Assembly: GCF_006345805.1 (NCBI RefSeq)
Contig: NW_021825551.1
Location: 1 to 21,791 of the forward strand
DNA from: Octopus sinensis
Lineage: Eukaryota
DNA length: 21,791 nucleotides
Direction: 5' to 3'
The position numbers and the translations under genes were made by a program. The notes under the pieces were generated by a model. That model was not told the origin of the DNA. It searched no databases and saw only the letters and a program-made list of their open reading frames with translations. Shown piece after piece: positions 17,092 to 21,791 of this stretch (position 1 is its first letter; every line of letters begins with the position of its first letter).

Positions 17092-20000
17092 CATACATAC
17101 ATACATACATACACACATACATACATACATACATACATACATACATACATGCATACATACATACATGCATACATACACACATACATACATACATACATAC
17201 ATCCATCCATACATACATACATACATACATACATACATACACACATACATACATACATACATACATACATACATACATACACACATACATACATACATAC
17301 ATACATACATACATACATACATACACACATACATACATACACACATACATACATACATACATACATACATACCAAATTTACATCATACTACATACATACT
17401 ACACACATACATACATACACCATACATACATACATACATACATACATACATACATACACATACACCCATACATACATGCATACATACATACATACATACA
17501 TACATACATGCATGCATGCATGCATGCATACATACATACATACATACATACATACATACATACATGCATGCATACATACATGCATGCATACATACATACA
17601 TACATACATACATACATACATGCATGCATGCATGCATGCATACATACATACATACATACATACATACATACATACATACATACATGCATGCATGCATGCA
17701 TGCATGCATACATACATACATACATACATACATACATACATACATGCATGCATGCATGCATGCATACATACATACATACATACATACATGCATGCATGCA
17801 TGCATACATACATACATACATACATACATACATACATGCATACATACATACATACATACATACATACATACATGCATGCATGCATGCATGCATACATACA
17901 TACATACATACATACATACATGCATACATACATACATGCATACATACACACATACATACATACATACACACATACATACATACATACATACATCCATACA
18001 TACATACATACATACATACATACATACATACATACATACATGCATGCATACATACATACATGCATACATACATACATACATACATACATACATACATGCA
18101 TGCATGCATGCATGCATACTACATATACATACATACATCATACAATACATGCATGCATGCATGCATGCATACATACATACATACATACATACATACATAC
18201 ATACATGCATGCATGCATCATACATACATACATACATACATACTCCATACATACATACATACATACATACATACATGCATGCTAGCATGCAGCATGCATG
18301 CATACATACATACATACTAATACATGCATGCATGCATGCATCATACATACATACATACATACATACATACATACATACATACATACATACATACATACAT
18401 ACTACATATAATGCATGCATGCATGCATGCATATATCATACATACATACATACATACATACATACATACATACATACATGCATGCATATGCATCATACAT
18501 ACATACATACATACATACATACATGCATGCATACATACATACATGCAATACATACATACATACATACATACATACATGCATGCATGCATGCATGCATACA
18601 TACATACATACATACATATACATACATACATACATACATAATACATGCATGCATGCATGCATGCATATATACATACATACATACATACATACATACATAC
18701 ATACATACATACATACATGCATGCATGCATACATACATACATACATACATACATACATACATACATACATACATACATACATGCATGCATGCATGCATGC
18801 ATACATACATACATACATACATACATACATACATACATACATACTGCAATGCATGCAGCATGCATGCATACATACATACATACAACATACTACATACATG
18901 CATGCATGCATGCCATGCGCATACATACATACATACATACATGCATGCATGCATGCATACATACATACATACATACATACATACATACATGCATACATAC
19001 ATACATACATACATACATACATGCATTGCATGCATGCATACATACATAATACTACATACATACATACATGCATACATACATACATGCATACATACACACA
19101 TACATACATACATACACACATACATACATACATACATACATCCATACATACATACATACATACATACATACATACATACATACATACATGCATGCATACA
19201 TACATACATGCATACATACATACATACATACATACATACATACATGCATGCATGCATGCATGCATACATACATACATACATACATACATACATACATACA
19301 TGCATGCATGCATGCATGCATACATACATACATACATACATACATACATACATACATACATGCATGCATGCATGCATGCATGCATACATACATACATACA
19401 TACATACATACATACATACATACATGCATGCTAGCATGCATGCATGCATGCATACATACATACATACATACATACATGCATGCATGCATGCATACATACA
19501 TACATACATACATACATACATACATACATACATACATACATACATACATAATACATGCATGCATGCATGCATGCATATATACATACATACATACATACAT
19601 ACATACATACATACATACATGCATGCATGCATACATACATACATACATACATGCATGCATGCATGCATGCATACATACATACATGCATGCATGCATGCAT
19701 GCATACATACATACATACATGCATACATACATGCATGCATGCATACATACATACATACATACATACATACATACATACATACATACATACATGCATACAT
19801 GCATACATACATACATACATACATACAACATACATACTGCATGCATGCTACATACATACTACATACATACATACATACATACATACATACATGCATGCAT
19901 GCATGCATGCATGCATGCATAGATACATACATACATACATACATACATACATACATGCATGCATGCATGCATGCATACATACATACATACATACATACAT

Positions 20001-20636
20001 ACATACATACATGCATGCATGCATGCATGCATGCATGCATACATACATACATACATACATACATACATACATACATACATACATACATACATGCATGCAT
20101 GCATGCATACATACATACATACATACATGCATGCATGCATGCATGCATACATACATGCATGCATGCATGCATACATACATACATACATACATACATACAT
20201 ACATACATGCATGCATGCATACATACATACATACATACATGCATGCATGCATGCATGCATGCATACATACATACATACATGCATGCATGCATGCATGCAT
20301 ACATGCATGCATGCATGCATGCATACATACATACATACGTACATACATACATACATACATACATACATACATACATGCATGCATGCATGCATGCATACAT
20401 ACATACATACATACATACATACATACATGCATGCATGCATACATACATACATACATACATGCATGCATGCATGCATGCATACATACATACATACATACAT
20501 ACATACATACATGCATGCATGCATGCATGCATGCATGCATGCAACAACATACATACATACATACATACACATACATACACATACATGCATGCATACATAC
20601 ATACATACATACATACATACATACATACATACATAC
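17092..20636. repeat. (CATA/CATG)n binary tetranucleotide array, ~3.5 kb
   Basis: Seen directly; it accounts for all HTYI/MYVC ORFs. Confidence 0.99.
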
Positions 20637-20864
20637 GTAAAGACATATCGAAATGTATAGTACGGCGAAGAAGAAGAATACTATACATGAAAACTGAAAA
20701 ACTAGACGGAAACACGCTGCAAGAAAGTGGAAAGCATTTTTGGCATTATGGTATCAGCTAACTGCAGATGAAATATGAAATGAATATATTTTAAGTTCCT
20801 ACAAGAATTTGCTCTTTTCTTTATTCTAAACTTTTCTCATATATTTGTATACATACGTACACAC

Positions 20865-20932
<68 letters not shown>

Positions 20933-20934
20933 TT

Positions 20935-21123
20935 TTGAAAATGTAAGCACATGTGAATCGTCGGCGATTTTCTTCTTCCGTCTTCCCTTCTATTGAACTT
21001 CCCTGTTTCTAAAGAAGAGCGTCTGCTCGGAATGTTAAACCATCTTTCCTTTCCTGAGTGTCTGTTAATACATGTAATGTGCCACGTCCTCACGTTGTTG
21101 TTTTTTTGTTTTTGGGATTTACT
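20935..21123 (+). mobile_element. 'Family 1' PLE-type pseudo-LTR with decayed hammerhead (21005-21040)
   Basis: GUUU-CUAAAGA-A-GAGC GUCU GCUC-GGAA-UGUU-AAAC: the stems are kept but the core is mutated. The tail ends ggatttac|tata. Confidence 0.75.
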
Positions 21124-21171
21124 ATACATACATACATACATACATACATACATACATACATACATACATAC

Positions 21172-21269
<98 letters not shown>

Positions 21270-21270
21270 G
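21124..21270. repeat. (CATA)n-(TA)n-(GA)n compound microsatellite
   Basis: Seen directly in the sequence. Confidence 0.97.
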
Positions 21271-21423
21271 GAGATGAACCGTTCCTGCTCTCACAAGGAA
21301 GCCCGAATCTCAGAAATTGAAATTGGAGACGTAACAACACAACCCATTTATAGGGAGAAAATACTACAACTGTGATCCGGAACCGATACGGTATATCTTC
21401 CTAATGAACCCACAAAACACATA

Positions 21424-21791
21424 GACCCCAAAATTTTAGATTCATCAAATAGAGACCTGAACGAAAATTAAATGAGTCTCTTACTAAAAGGTTTCAAATT
21501 TAACCCGACATCCACTCCGAATCTCATAGAATTAAAATCCGATGATAAGAACTTTAACCGTCACCTTCATCTTATAGAATTCTTCGACAACAAGAAAGTA
21601 GCGGACGAACCAATCGTAAAAAAAAAAATCTCATTTCACCCTGTACAGAGGAGTGATTTCTACGGATTGCCCCAAATCCACAAAAGTTCTGAAATACAGA
21701 GGGCCATAAATGAACAGAGTCAGTACGTAAAAATACAAAGACACACAGACCTCAAAATGAGGTCGATGGTTGCTGAGCCCTAAGCCCCAAA
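21424..21791 (+). pseudogene. Penelope-like element ORF fragment (N-terminal region and start of RT), internally deleted, with stops
   Basis: DPKILDSSNRDLNEN*MSLLLKGFKFNPTSTPNLIELKSD...IEFF...|SDFYGLPQIHKSSEIQRAINEQ...DLKMRSMVAEP*AP matches the PLE motifs LL.KGLKF.PTP, FYGLPKIHK and DLK.RPIVAGP. Stops are at 21469-71 and 21781-83. Confidence 0.82.

Noticed and set aside
20653-20688. 10-bp hairpin atgtatagta/tactatacat with a 16-nt loop
   Set aside because: Short, AT-rich and adjacent to CATA repeats, so plausible by chance. There is no second copy.
16944-20761. Very long ORFs (up to 1250 aa; HTYI/MYVC repeats)
   Set aside because: They are translations of (CATA/CATG)n, which is nearly stop-free on both strands. 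There is no domain and no codon structure.

Overview
AT-rich, repeat-saturated eukaryotic non-coding DNA, most likely from an octopus/cephalopod genome (inferred only from SINE families I recognise). I find no intact host gene, and all long ORFs in the track are stop-free microsatellite artefacts. About half of the window is tandem repeat: a ~5.2 kb satellite with a 26-bp unit (4119-9277), (GGAY)n, (CTTR)n, a ~3.5 kb (CATR)n array and many (TA)n/(CA)n tracts. The rest is retroelement debris: a dead RTE LINE fragment, two tRNA-derived SINE families, and two Penelope-like (PLE) reverse-transcriptase fragments. The main result is a cluster of short non-coding elements that carry hammerhead ribozyme (HHR) motifs, probably PLE pseudo-LTRs or retrozyme-like elements. 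One is a fully canonical type I HHR at 1563-1674 (+), inside a 286-bp-arm palindrome whose mirror copy is mutated in the catalytic core. Several others are core variants (CCGANGA, UUGAUGA, 1-nt insertions). Three of these elements share a fold-back architecture with both 3' tails pointing outward. Ribozyme calls come from manual folding only; activity is untested.
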